Origin: a virus
Reading direction: 5' to 3' (one strand)
Virus record (IMG/VR): IMGVR_UViG_3300031485_000046
Length of the DNA stretch: 64,000 nucleotides
Positions 37,074 through 46,709 of this stretch are shown piece after piece (within the stretch, counting starts at the first letter, position 1; each line of letters starts with the position of its first letter). The position numbers and the translations under genes are program-made. The notes under the pieces are model-generated. The model worked only from the letters and a program-made list of their open reading frames with translations. It was not told where the DNA came from and searched no databases.

Positions 37074-40000
37074 GGGCGCTGTTAGGATTTGCCTTGTCAG
37101 GAACTGGGCTTGGGATAGGACTTGCAGGATTCCTTGGCGTTTCAGCCGGTACCCTCTGGATGGTTGGGGCCTCCCTCGGTTCGTTGTTCGACGGACCGGA
37201 TATCGACCTTGGAGGTTCGACGCCTAATTACACATTCGGACAGCTGTCGAATACGAAGAGCCAAATGCTCCCCATCCCCATCGTATACGGGCGGTGCAGG
37301 GTCGGCGGGAATGTGTTCATGCAGACGTTTTACGACGATACCTTGCAGAAAATGGATATGCTGGTCGGTGTTTCCGAAGGGCCAATCCAGTCCATAAAAT
37401 CCATTTACGCCAGCGACACGGAACTGACGGATGTAAACGGTGATATTACCCACGAATTGGAAGAGGTGACGCTGAACGTCCACCTCGGTGAACCAGGCCA
37501 GGTTGCTGACAGCCGAGACCCCAGCGGGAGCACATATGCGAATGTGGCTTATGTGGGGCTGACGCTGAAGGCGCAGGACGGGCTATCAGGCAACCCTACC
37601 ATATCGTCCATAGTGGAAGGGCGGAAGATATGGACGCCTGCTGGTACGATGTTTTCAAGGAACCCAGCGTGGATCGTCTATGACTTCCTGACCAATACCC
37701 GCTACGGCGTCGGCATTCCAACAGACCTGATCGACCTCGACTCATTCATGGCGTCCGCCGACTATTGTGACGCTCTGGTTGAGGGTGAACCTCGTTTCAC
37801 ACTGGATTATATCATCGACACTCAGCGACCGGCGGTGGACCATCTGCAATCCATGCTGGCTTGTTTTAGAGGGTATTTCCTCGCCCGGGACAAGATCGAA
37901 TTGCACGTGGAGCAGGCCGGGAGTGTGTACAAGGCCCTTGGGCCGGATAATTTCGTGAAGGACAGCTTCACCTGGTGGCAGAAGAGCGGCGACGATTCAC
38001 CGAACAGAATCACCCTGGAGTGGATCGACCCGGACAACCATTACGAGCAGTCCTCGGCTGTGTTTGAGTATCAGGAGGATATGCAGGCTCGTGGTGTTTT
38101 TGAAAAATCATTCTCCGTGCTCGGAGTAACCCGCTCGTCCCAGGTAGGTCGGTTGGGTAATTACCTGATGGAAACAGCAAAGCGGGTACAGAATTTCTGC
38201 TCGTTCCAGGTGGGACTCCAAGATGCCGACATCGAGGCAGGGGAAATCATATCCCTGACATATCCCGATTTTACGGGGTGGGATTCGAAACCCTTCCGGG
38301 TTGTGGCGGTGCAGGACCACGGTGATTCGGGTTTAGTTACAATCACCTGTGCGGAATATGATGCGACGGTATACGGTGATGATGCGCTGCCTGTGCAGAC
38401 ACCCATAGTAGACCCGACGCCCGTTACCTATGACGATGTGTACTCCCTCGCTCTTGAGGATATGGGGCATATCGCCGATGACGGGACATGGTTCCCGGTA
38501 ATTCGTGCTACGTGGCAGAACCCGTCCGACTACACGCCCGCTGCACTTAACATCCGCTGGCGATATAGCGGCGATACGGTATGGAACCTGCATCTGAACA
38601 CGTCCCGGCTGACCACGCAGACCAACATTACCGGGCTGACTACCGGAGAGGATCTGGAAGTTTGGGTTAATTGCGTTAAGCCAAATAATGGCAGGGAGAC
38701 AACCGGGGCGACGGCAACGCTGTCCGTAGGACGGGATGTTACCCCTCCGGCGGCCCCAACTTCCCTTACTGCAACGGGATGGTTTGGAAGCATTAATCTG
38801 GAATGGGTGAATCCTGCTGACAGGGACCTTAGTCATATCGAGGTATGGGAAAATGCCATTGATAACAGGGCAACCGCAGTAAAAATTGCCGAGACAAAAG
38901 GGACATCATACCAGCGGTATGTAGGGTCGTTCATTACTCGTTACTACTGGGTGCGGGCGGTTGATTTCTCAGGCAACGTGGGCGCATGGAACGCTACGGC
39001 AGGCACGGCTGGCAACTCTGACCAGAAGAACCATCAGGATTTTGTAGATTTGGTGCTACAGGAAAATCCGTATCTCGCAGAAGTACAGACAGACCTCAAC
39101 TCAGCGATAGTTTTAGGCGACACAAACATTAAGACAATTGACCTGCCTGGCTATGAGCAGAGGATAGCCAACCGCATTGATGAGGTCAACGATGACATAA
39201 TGACGCAGGTCAACACGTATGCTGACGGAACTATCGATGCGATGCTTGACGCTTCCGAAGCAATAAGTGCAGTAAGAGATGCGGGGATTATTACCGATCC
39301 TGTTACGGGATTGACAAGCATTTTCGCCCTTGATGCATACAAGACAGCAAATGACGCAAGAGTATCAAACGTTGAGATTGACCTTGATGCAGTCGAATCC
39401 ACTCTTACATCTAAGGTCACTCTGGCACAGGTGGACGAGCGGATCGCAGGGGCTGTCTTCGGCGATGCAGGGGAATTGCTCCTGTCCGGCGTGGATGCAC
39501 GGGTGTCGCTGGTAGAGGAGACCCTTGACGGTGTTGAGGCCGAACTTCTCGAAAAGGCAACATACGTGGAGGTGAACGAACTCGGCGGGCGAATCGGCAC
39601 AGCAGAGTCAAGGTTAGACGGTCATGATGCGGAGATTGCCATGCTTGCCACGTCACAGGAACTTGACGAGGTAGAGAGCCGTGTGACAACGGCAGAGCTT
39701 AATATCGATGCCCTTGAAGGATCAATTGTCAATAAGGTTGCCAGCACGGTAACGATTACACAAGACCAAGAGGAGCTAATAGCACAGGGCCTGGTTGATG
39801 CGATGCTAAACGACCGTGAGGCACAGACCGATGCTAAGGCAAAAACGCAGAGTGCATTAGCAATAGCGGAGTCTGAACTGTACGCCCATGTCAATGATGA
39901 GATGGAAGCAGAGGCGGGGCAGAGATTGTTGTTGGCGGCGAAAGTTGACAATAATCAAGCGACTATCCAGAGTGAGTCTGTCGCACGAGCAAATGCTGAT

Positions 40001-40525
40001 TCCGCCATAGCCTCTAATGTATCAACATTGTCAACCACCGTAGGGAACAACACATCAGCGATACAGACAATTGACAGTTCAGTAGACGGGATTCAATCAA
40101 AACACGCCGTTAAAATCGATACAAACGGATATGTCACAGGCTATGAACTTATCGGCACAGGCGCATCAAGCTCCATGGTGTTCCACGTTGATAATTTCCT
40201 AGTCGGCAAGCCGGGTACAACCAACAAATATCCGTTTGTAATCGGCACGGTAGACGGTGTATCGCGGGTTTCTATGGACTCGGCGTTTATACAGGATGCG
40301 GCAATCGAGAATGTGAAGATTGCAAATGCAACAATAACAAGGTTAAAAATTGAAGGACACACTCTGACTGAGGTCGCATCGTATTACGTTGCAGCAGCGA
40401 AGGATATGTTAGAGGACGCAACGTGGACTTACTACACGGATATCGACCAAATAACAATTACAACAGAAGCGGGTTATCCAGCACCGATAACGTGGACGGC
40501 AGTGCTCAATACAGGAGCAGGGTGA
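37055..40525 (+). CDS. host specificity/central tail fibre protein, lambda gpJ-like
   Basis: 1156 aa; 'NPAWIVYDFLTNTRYGVGIP' matches lambda J 'NMAWCLWDMLTHPRYGMG' region; coiled C-terminal region; SD AGGAGGTGGAG. Confidence 0.8.
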   Translation: MPGAAIGALLGFALSGTGLGIGLAGFLGVSAGTLWMVGASLGSLFDGPDIDLGGSTPNYTFGQLSNTKSQMLPIPIVYGRCRVGGNVFMQTFYDDTLQKMDMLVGVSEGPIQSIKSIYASDTELTDVNGDITHELEEVTLNVHLGEPGQVADSRDPSGSTYANVAYVGLTLKAQDGLSGNPTISSIVEGRKIWTPAGTMFSRNPAWIVYDFLTNTRYGVGIPTDLIDLDSFMASADYCDALVEGEPRFTLDYIIDTQRPAVDHLQSMLACFRGYFLARDKIELHVEQAGSVYKALGPDNFVKDSFTWWQKSGDDSPNRITLEWIDPDNHYEQSSAVFEYQEDMQARGVFEKSFSVLGVTRSSQVGRLGNYLMETAKRVQNFCSFQVGLQDADIEAGEIISLTYPDFTGWDSKPFRVVAVQDHGDSGLVTITCAEYDATVYGDDALPVQTPIVDPTPVTYDDVYSLALEDMGHIADDGTWFPVIRATWQNPSDYTPAALNIRWRYSGDTVWNLHLNTSRLTTQTNITGLTTGEDLEVWVNCVKPNNGRETTGATATLSVGRDVTPPAAPTSLTATGWFGSINLEWVNPADRDLSHIEVWENAIDNRATAVKIAETKGTSYQRYVGSFITRYYWVRAVDFSGNVGAWNATAGTAGNSDQKNHQDFVDLVLQENPYLAEVQTDLNSAIVLGDTNIKTIDLPGYEQRIANRIDEVNDDIMTQVNTYADGTIDAMLDASEAISAVRDAGIITDPVTGLTSIFALDAYKTANDARVSNVEIDLDAVESTLTSKVTLAQVDERIAGAVFGDAGELLLSGVDARVSLVEETLDGVEAELLEKATYVEVNELGGRIGTAESRLDGHDAEIAMLATSQELDEVESRVTTAELNIDALEGSIVNKVASTVTITQDQEELIAQGLVDAMLNDREAQTDAKAKTQSALAIAESELYAHVNDEMEAEAGQRLLLAAKVDNNQATIQSESVARANADSAIASNVSTLSTTVGNNTSAIQTIDSSVDGIQSKHAVKIDTNGYVTGYELIGTGASSSMVFHVDNFLVGKPGTTNKYPFVIGTVDGVSRVSMDSAFIQDAAIENVKIANATITRLKIEGHTLTEVASYYVAAAKDMLEDATWTYYTDIDQITITTEAGYPAPITWTAVLNTGAG

Positions 40526-40742
40526 AACGTTACTTTCGGGGCAAGGTTGCTCCGTAACGGTGTAGTAATCAACACAAGGGACGCTTTTTATTACTCTTTA
40601 TATCAAGGGATGTCTCCGGTTGTTTTTAGTTTTGTTGATACAGGGGCATCGACAGGATCAACTACTTATAAGATACAGGTTAAGCGGGTTCGGTCTCTGG
40701 ACTGTCATGTTTCGGCATCGGAGAGGACGATGGTGGTTCATT

Positions 40743-41102
40743 ATGCCTACAGATAGGGGAACATGGTTTACGTATTATTCTCAAAACGGGGAGATTTACG
40801 GGAGCTATTCAAATACACGCGAGAACATGCTGATTGACCTAGCTGACAAGTCATACATCGAAGCACCCGACAATGACATTGACATCAGCAATAAATATGT
40901 AGACAACGGAGAAGTTAAAATCAGACCTAACATGAACCTTGCCATTATTGGAGGGGTAATCACGGGCATACCGCAGGGCGCAACGGTCACACTGGGCGAG
41001 CAGTCTTTTACTGTCGATGATGGGGAAGCTGACATCGAGGGATATACAGGGATAGTTAAAATAACATGCTGGCCCTATCTTGATGCGGAGGTGACGCTAT
41101 GA
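40743..41102 (+). CDS. hypothetical tail-associated protein (start uncertain)
   Basis: Track ORF 40620..41102; internal ATG at 40743 preferred because upstream part is low-complexity; weak RBS. Confidence 0.35.
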   Translation: MPTDRGTWFTYYSQNGEIYGSYSNTRENMLIDLADKSYIEAPDNDIDISNKYVDNGEVKIRPNMNLAIIGGVITGIPQGATVTLGEQSFTVDDGEADIEGYTGIVKITCWPYLDAEVTL

Positions 41103-41293
41103 AAATAAACTACAAGCCGACCTCTGCGGAGGTGCGGAAAAAACGCAAAGAGGACTATCTGCAACGCTTCCCGGTTGAACGGCAGTTGGAAGCCCTCACG
41201 GAAGCGGCATCGGGCAGACCGGAAAAACTGAATGAACTCATGCAGGGCCTCGCTGAAATACGCAGGGCCTTGCCATTTGCGAAGGAGGAATGA
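41099..41293 (+). CDS. hypothetical small protein
   Basis: 64 aa, overlapping start/stop with neighbours in tail-fibre region. Confidence 0.45.
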   Translation: MKINYKPTSAEVRKKRKEDYLQRFPVERQLEALTEAASGRPEKLNELMQGLAEIRRALPFAKEE

Positions 41294-42699
41294 ATTTGAG
41301 CTGGTATAGAACAGGTACCGTAGCCGTAACAAACGGAAGTAAGACAGTCACAGGAGTAGGTACGTTGTGGACAACGGCAGTCAATGCTGGTGACGCTTTC
41401 GCCCTTGTTGACGCAAATCTAAACCCGACTGATGCATGGTATGAGGTGGAGTCCGTCACGAACAATACGACTCTGGTGCTGAAGCAGAGTTACGCCGGGA
41501 CAACCGGGAGCAATAATCAATATTGTGTATTTAACATGGTCGGCAACATGACCACGCCGTCATTTGCTCAGAGGTTGGCTACGTTCTTCGCATCCTTCCA
41601 GAGTTTGATCGACAAGCCGACGACCACACCTACGGCATCCAGCATCCCGGTTGCGGACTCCGGCGGGAAAATCGCCGACGGATGGGTTCCTGACACTATA
41701 GCACGTCTCGCCTCACCAGCACTCACTGGCTCCCCCACAGCCCCCACGCAGTCAGCGAGCGATGATAGCACGAAGATTGCCACGACTGCGTTTGTGAAGG
41801 ATCAGGTGGCATCGGAGACTGTTGCCGGAATGGTTGAACTCGCCACGTCAGCAGAGGTTTTAGCAGGGGAGGATACAGAAAGGGCGGTAACACCTGCGGG
41901 CTTAAAAGCGGGATTAGAAGCATCTTACGCTATCTTTGACTCTGACCGCATTTATGATGGCGTGAACCTCGAAACCAAGTTTGCCGCTGAGATAGCGGGA
42001 TATACAGATGTTTGGGCATGGATAAAGGCACGTATTGCAGCAGGAGATTACAGTGGTCTGCATGTCGGTGATTACGTCCAGTTTACGGTAGGGTCTGATA
42101 CGGTTCAAGCTCAGATTGCAGGAATGGATACGTATTATAGGACTGGAGACTCCCCACTCGGTCACCACATTGATTTTATCTCTAGGGATTGCCTGACGGC
42201 AACATATCAATGGAATACAACAGGCAACAACAACGGCAACTCATCTAATCCATCTCCGTGGATGGTGTCTGCACTCAAAGCAAGCCTTGACGGACTTGTA
42301 ACAAGCCTCCCAGCGGGGTTGCAGTCTGTTGTGGTTACAAAACGAGCATTTATTGAAACACGATATACAAGTGGGTCAACGTTGATTGACTCGACATCGT
42401 GGGCTTGGAACAACATGGGCAAGTTGTGGGTTCCGTCTGAGTTCGAGGTTTTTGGCACTATAGTTTGGGGGACACGTGGATACAGTAATAACGGCGGGGT
42501 GCAGTATCCTATTTTTGGGAACTCATGGAAAAACAGGATGAAAGGCGCAGGGCATAACGGGGAGCGCACCGTCTGGTGGTTGTCTTCCGTCTATAGTGGC
42601 AATTCTGAGTCATGTTGCAATGTCGGCAACGGCGGGATTATCGGCCGCAGTAACGCATCCGACGCTTATAGGGTGCCGCTCTGCTTCCGAATATCGTAG
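41290..42699 (+). CDS. tail fibre protein (side fibre/receptor-binding)
   Basis: 469 aa; contains phage tail-fibre repeat-like segment 'SPALTGSPTAPTQSASDDSTKIATTAFV'; Gly/Asn/Ser-rich C-terminus. Confidence 0.7.
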   Translation: MNLSWYRTGTVAVTNGSKTVTGVGTLWTTAVNAGDAFALVDANLNPTDAWYEVESVTNNTTLVLKQSYAGTTGSNNQYCVFNMVGNMTTPSFAQRLATFFASFQSLIDKPTTTPTASSIPVADSGGKIADGWVPDTIARLASPALTGSPTAPTQSASDDSTKIATTAFVKDQVASETVAGMVELATSAEVLAGEDTERAVTPAGLKAGLEASYAIFDSDRIYDGVNLETKFAAEIAGYTDVWAWIKARIAAGDYSGLHVGDYVQFTVGSDTVQAQIAGMDTYYRTGDSPLGHHIDFISRDCLTATYQWNTTGNNNGNSSNPSPWMVSALKASLDGLVTSLPAGLQSVVVTKRAFIETRYTSGSTLIDSTSWAWNNMGKLWVPSEFEVFGTIVWGTRGYSNNGGVQYPIFGNSWKNRMKGAGHNGERTVWWLSSVYSGNSESCCNVGNGGIIGRSNASDAYRVPLCFRIS

Positions 42700-42702
42700 G
42701 AG

Positions 42703-43230
42703 GTGATGGATATGAACGACATGGAGTACAACAATGCTGTACAGATACTGCGACAAACGGATTATGTCGCGCTGAAGCTCGCAGAGGGCGCAGACCCTCT
42801 CGAATATGCCGAGGTCTTAAAACTCCGTCAATCGTGCCGAGATAAAATTAACGATTGGAACGGAGAAGATTTCATCGCACCGACATTTGAGGATTTGAGA
42901 AACAGAAAATATCGGGAAATCTCACAGGCCCACAAGGAGCATGTGGCAGGAAGCATCATGACATCCCTCGGCTTCCCCATGCAGTTCGACATGAAGGACA
43001 ATCTCATGGTGGAAGGAACCATAAAACTGGCACAGGCAAGCGGAGCAACTACAATTTACCTGACTGACGCAGAGGATGTCACTCATTACGACATCCCTCT
43101 TGCAGACGCACAGGCCGTGTTGCTTGAGATGAGTACTGCATTTGCACAGGCTCATGCTAAAAAACAGACGCTTCGGGAGCGGACAGCAGAAGCACAGACC
43201 CAGAGCGATCTGGACAAGATAAGCTGGTAG
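42703..43230 (+). CDS. putative tail fibre assembly protein
   Basis: 175 aa immediately downstream of tail fibre gene; assignment by position. Confidence 0.45.
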   Translation: MMDMNDMEYNNAVQILRQTDYVALKLAEGADPLEYAEVLKLRQSCRDKINDWNGEDFIAPTFEDLRNRKYREISQAHKEHVAGSIMTSLGFPMQFDMKDNLMVEGTIKLAQASGATTIYLTDAEDVTHYDIPLADAQAVLLEMSTAFAQAHAKKQTLRERTAEAQTQSDLDKISW

Positions 43231-43333
43231 GAGGGGGATCGTGTGGTAGTGATTCAGTGTCAGGATTTCTGGCCGATTGTTCTTGGCGGTGCGATCATCT
43301 TTATATTGGTGATGATGCTAAGGAGGTGAAAAA

Positions 43334-43720
43334 ATGGGAAATCTTTCCAAAAACTTTTCTAGTTCAGAATTTGAATGTCCACATTGTCATCAATCTCCAA
43401 TGGATCCGTTGCTGATTTCTATATTGCAGATAATTAGAAACTATGTGAAATTGCCTATTGTTGTAAATTCAGGGTATCGTTGCCCTGAACATAACAAAAG
43501 GGTGGGAGGTGTTGCCAACTCCCAACATATCTTTGGTAAAGCGGCGGATATTTATGTTGAAGGCTGGTCAAATAAACAGTTGTTAGATGTAATCCGCGCC
43601 CTGACTGTAGCGAAAAAGATTTATGTAGGGTATGCGTACATTATAAAAAACTCGAATCGTGCCGTACATATTGATGTTCGTATACCCGAATCCAATACAG
43701 TCAGGGGGTGGATGAAATAG
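43334..43720 (+). CDS. endolysin, peptidase M15 family (zinc D-Ala-D-Ala carboxypeptidase-like)
   Basis: 128 aa; 'SGYRCPEHNKRVGG', 'SQHIFGKAAD', 'VHIDV' zinc-ligand pattern; SD AAGGAGGTG. Confidence 0.75.
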   Translation: MGNLSKNFSSSEFECPHCHQSPMDPLLISILQIIRNYVKLPIVVNSGYRCPEHNKRVGGVANSQHIFGKAADIYVEGWSNKQLLDVIRALTVAKKIYVGYAYIIKNSNRAVHIDVRIPESNTVRGWMK

Positions 43721-44097
43721 AGTCCCAGAACATAGAACTTCGTGAACTTCGGGACGATATAAAAGAGATCAAGGATACGATGAAAGAACTGGCAAAGGTA
43801 GCAAGTACCCAAGCCCTTCAAAATCAACGCCTTGACATGGTAGAAAGGGATATGTCCAATATTAAAGATGATTTGCTTTCAATCCATCGAGAACTTGTTA
43901 TTATTGATAAACGATGCCTTGAACGATCACCTGTTATAGAGTTTGGGAAAAAACGAATGGATAGTCCGGATAAGTATATGTCTAATGATACGTGGTGGAC
44001 AATGTTTATCGGTAGTGCAGTTCGGAATGGGGTATGGATCGTTTTAACGGGTTTGATTGTTCCGTTGATTCTTTATTTAACGGGGGTGAAAAAATGA
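43708..44097 (+). CDS. lysis-associated membrane protein (holin/spanin candidate)
   Basis: 129 aa, coiled N-terminal region and single C-terminal hydrophobic segment 'VWIVLTGLIVPLILYL'. Confidence 0.45.
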   Translation: MDEIESQNIELRELRDDIKEIKDTMKELAKVASTQALQNQRLDMVERDMSNIKDDLLSIHRELVIIDKRCLERSPVIEFGKKRMDSPDKYMSNDTWWTMFIGSAVRNGVWIVLTGLIVPLILYLTGVKK

Positions 44098-44633
44098 ATC
44101 TCCTGGAAGTGGTACCTGCACTTGATTCAATTATTGGTAAGATCATTCAAGATCCAAATCAAGCAGGGAATCTAAAACTGGAACTAGAAAAATTGGATGT
44201 TCAAAAAGATATTGAACGGTATAAAGTACAGCAGAGTTGGTTGAGCAATAAATCCGTATACGTTGCGGGAGCAATCCCTACAATCCTATGGCTTCTGTCA
44301 GTAGTGGTAGCATTCAACCACATCATCGCTCCACTACTTATAGGAATGGGCATGAATATTCCTGTTCTGGAACTACCTTCGTATTATACTGATCTTGCTG
44401 GTACGATTGTTCTTGGTTTGTTTGCGAAGAAGGCGTGGGATGGTAGCACTATTGAGAAGTTAGGTAAAAAACCTAAAGAAGAAAAGGCTGTAGAAGTAAA
44501 GGTAGTAGAAAAAGTAAAAGTTCCTGTTGTGGACGAATCTGGAGAAGAGCCTGTTTCTGAAATACCGAAAGATGATCCAGACTATTACAATAAGCGGTAT
44601 GAGGAACTTATCAAGAAATTTAACAAGACATAA
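44094..44633 (+). CDS. holin-like membrane protein
   Basis: ATG 44094 overlapping upstream stop; two hydrophobic segments then charged Lys/Glu-rich tail; track ORF 44034..44633. Confidence 0.45.
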   Translation: MNLLEVVPALDSIIGKIIQDPNQAGNLKLELEKLDVQKDIERYKVQQSWLSNKSVYVAGAIPTILWLLSVVVAFNHIIAPLLIGMGMNIPVLELPSYYTDLAGTIVLGLFAKKAWDGSTIEKLGKKPKEEKAVEVKVVEKVKVPVVDESGEEPVSEIPKDDPDYYNKRYEELIKKFNKT

Positions 44634-44640
44634 AGTTAAA

Positions 44641-44681
44641 ACAAAAAGGGAGGGTCAAACTTCGACCACTCCCTTTTTTTG
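44641..44681. terminator. bidirectional rho-independent terminator between convergent late and DNA-metabolism operons
   Basis: Stem GGGAGGGTC/GACCACTCCC (44648..44656 / 44664..44673, one bulge), 7-nt loop, A-run 44642..44647 and T-run 44674..44680. Confidence 0.7.
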
Positions 44682-44682
44682 T

Positions 44683-45363
44683 TTATTCTGCTACAAGAAT
44701 TTCTGCAAGAGATTCATCTAGTTTATATACCGCGTCCCATAACGCATTACAAAAATCATTGAATTCCTTCATAGCGGGAGGGTTCCCTCTAAGTTTGTAA
44801 ATATGTCGCCATTCTCGCATATTACCTGTAACAAGCATTTTTGTTGGAGTACATTCAGGCAATAGGTATTTAGCTGTATCATTCCCGTGCTTTTCTTGAA
44901 TCTTTTTTACAAGCTGGGTTCCTTTATACAACCAATCCAATACTTCTGCATCTTGTTCAATAGCTTCAGGAAGTATGAACCCAATAGGATTCTTAATGAT
45001 GGATTTAAGTGACCATCGTGTGCTTTGTACGGAAAAGGAAAGCAACCTATGCCGTGCAAATTGCTGAAGAAGAGCCCTAGAGATGTTAGAAACTTCCACG
45101 ACGAGGACAATGTGTTCTATCACACTTTCATGACCGTCTTTGATTCGTTTAAGGACATACTGTTTTGCTGTTTCCGTATCATACCCATCTTCTTTCCAGA
45201 ATACAATTAGGTCTTCATACTCATCAGTTATTGCAGGAAAAGCCTCTTGATTCACACAAATCTTAGATCCATGTAAAGCGTTTTGCAAAACAGTGGCATC
45301 TAACACTTTTACAGTCACAGGAAACTCTCTCATAAAATCATCACTCCTCTTACGTAAATACAT
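44683..45363 (-). CDS. thyX: FAD-dependent thymidylate synthase
   Basis: 226 aa; ThyX signature 'RHRLLSFSVQSTRW' (RHRxxSxxxxSxR). Confidence 0.85.
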   Translation of the reverse strand: MYLRKRSDDFMREFPVTVKVLDATVLQNALHGSKICVNQEAFPAITDEYEDLIVFWKEDGYDTETAKQYVLKRIKDGHESVIEHIVLVVEVSNISRALLQQFARHRLLSFSVQSTRWSLKSIIKNPIGFILPEAIEQDAEVLDWLYKGTQLVKKIQEKHGNDTAKYLLPECTPTKMLVTGNMREWRHIYKLRGNPPAMKEFNDFCNALWDAVYKLDESLAEILVAE

Positions 45364-45501
45364 ACGTATCCTTGGCGAATCCTTGCGTCAGGATCGCATT
45401 CTTTTAGAAAAGAGATATAGAATCATGTCTAAACTGTTTTTTATTGCAGGAAAGCGTATTATCCGTCAGAATGACGTGTGCCCATCCTGCGATGTTAAAT
45501 C

Positions 45502-46017
45502 CTAATAAGCACCCGACGTAAAACAGGAAGAAGCTATGCATATCAAATCTCCTATTGTTCCAGAGTTTTCTATAATATGGTCAAAACAGAATCCATCTAA
45601 TTCCGTTTCTGACGGATGATTCTTCTGTTCTTCTGTAAGACCATTATCATAGTTAGGACGTTCGATACGAACCGTAATCACTTTGTATCCATTCTTTTTT
45701 CCCCATTGTCGCATAATCTGGATCTCATTCAAATACCGGCAGTCTGTTATTGCTATTTGATTTGGATAACTGTTAGTCTCCAGCATGCGACAGACAAGAT
45801 TCACCCAAGTATCTCGATTATATTCCCTTACGGTAGAAGCAAGATCCTGTAGAAATTTACGACCTCGTTCATCTTTGTGCCCATTCCAACCCAACTTGAT
45901 AGCAAAATCCTTAAGCCGACCAGCAAAGGAATATTTATTGTACCCATCTAATCCTAACGCAAATGTATCTTTACCGGCTCTAGCTTTACCAGATATAAGA
46001 ATGATCGTTTTATTCAT
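45502..46017 (-). CDS. deoxynucleoside monophosphate kinase-like P-loop kinase
   Basis: 171 aa; P-loop 'ISGKARAGKDT'; size and context with thyX/dut. Confidence 0.55.
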   Translation of the reverse strand: MNKTIILISGKARAGKDTFALGLDGYNKYSFAGRLKDFAIKLGWNGHKDERGRKFLQDLASTVREYNRDTWVNLVCRMLETNSYPNQIAITDCRYLNEIQIMRQWGKKNGYKVITVRIERPNYDNGLTEEQKNHPSETELDGFCFDHIIENSGTIGDLICIASSCFTSGAY

Positions 46018-46252
46018 CCGAAGTATTACCTTTTTCTACAGAAGGTAAGGGTTCATTTGTTTGTGCTGGACTAAAACATTTAGCCAATGTGGGTAGTCCA
46101 TCTTCTTCTGCTACTTGCCGCATAATTTCCCGCAATTTCTGAGGCATGATTCTTGCCATGCTGATTACCTCACTTTCGTCAATAACATAGGAATATATAC
46201 TTTTACTTTTCTTCTTCCCCACCGTAGTGCCTCTTGCCGAGTATGGAAACAA
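46010..46252 (-). CDS. hypothetical small protein (likely starts at internal Met near 46159)
   Basis: Track ORF overlaps 3D-domain gene by 88 nt; internal start avoids the overlap. Confidence 0.3.
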   Translation of the reverse strand: MFPYSARGTTVGKKKSKSIYSYVIDESEVISMARIMPQKLREIMRQVAEEDGLPTLAKCFSPAQTNEPLPSVEKGNTSDE

Positions 46253-46581
46253 ATATCTATCTTGTTTCCAGTTATTCTTTTTCCTCTATCATCTACCCTG
46301 CGCCATCCAATGCCTTGCAAATGTACCCATGTACCAAATGGAATATATTTTGGTGCGGCAATTGTAACATCAGGTGTCGTTCGATTCCCGCTTGCTGTTA
46401 CTGTAGGATCTCCAGAATAACACATACCTTTAATTGCTTTAGGATCTAATGGAGCGTATCCTGTGGCAACCATTTCAATTGTCTTAGATAAAGGATACGA
46501 AAAAACGGGATGTACTGAAAGTAACATCCCGAAACCAAACATCATACTACCGAGAAGGAGGATCTTCTTTATCGACATCAT
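46165..46581 (-). CDS. secreted 3D-domain protein (MltA/RlpA-like fold)
   Basis: 138 aa; N-terminal signal-peptide-like hydrophobic segment; conserved Asp-containing 'ATGYAP', 'DPTVTASG', 'RVDDRG' pattern typical of 3D domains. Confidence 0.55.
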   Translation of the reverse strand: MMSIKKILLLGSMMFGFGMLLSVHPVFSYPLSKTIEMVATGYAPLDPKAIKGMCYSGDPTVTASGNRTTPDVTIAAPKYIPFGTWVHLQGIGWRRVDDRGKRITGNKIDICFHTRQEALRWGRRKVKVYIPMLLTKVR

Positions 46582-46708
46582 TCCAAAACTGGGTCATTTT
46601 CTTACCTACCCAAATGTACATTACGATAAGAGCAATAATGTACAATCCGATAAGTGTGCCGATAACCGTCAACAACCAAAATATCCACATAGGTAGATAT
46701 ATTGTCAT
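46547..46708 (-). CDS. small membrane protein
   Basis: Internal ATG at 46708 just after dut stop gives 53 aa with one transmembrane segment; track ORF 46547..46741. Confidence 0.35.
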   Translation of the reverse strand: MTIYLPMWIFWLLTVIGTLIGLYIIALIVMYIWVGKKMTQFWNDVDKEDPPSR

Positions 46709-46709
46709 A

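Larger units (their letters stand above)
35200..43260. other. GC-rich (about 55% by eye) lambda-like tail-tip/host-range module embedded in AT-rich genome
   Basis: Abrupt composition change starting inside the tape-measure gene and ending before the endolysin gene; many spurious antisense ORFs in the track here, as expected for GC-rich coding DNA. Confidence 0.7.

Noticed and set aside
36562-39951. Multiple minus-strand ORFs antisense to the tail-tip genes (e.g. 36562..36963, 38333..38836, 39151..39600, 39622..39951)
   Set aside because: They lie inside the GC-rich module where stop codons are rare in all frames, are antisense to well-supported lambda-like genes, and lack start contexts.
40526-40756. 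In-frame continuation after the gpJ-like stop (possible readthrough extension)
   Set aside because: There is a single TGA with no readthrough context I can recognise; more likely ordinary termination with a separate small downstream ORF. Left open but not called.
43245-43331. Possible GTG-initiated 28-aa hydrophobic peptide upstream of the endolysin
   Set aside because: It depends on a non-ATG start with ambiguous frame and is too short to support without expression data.
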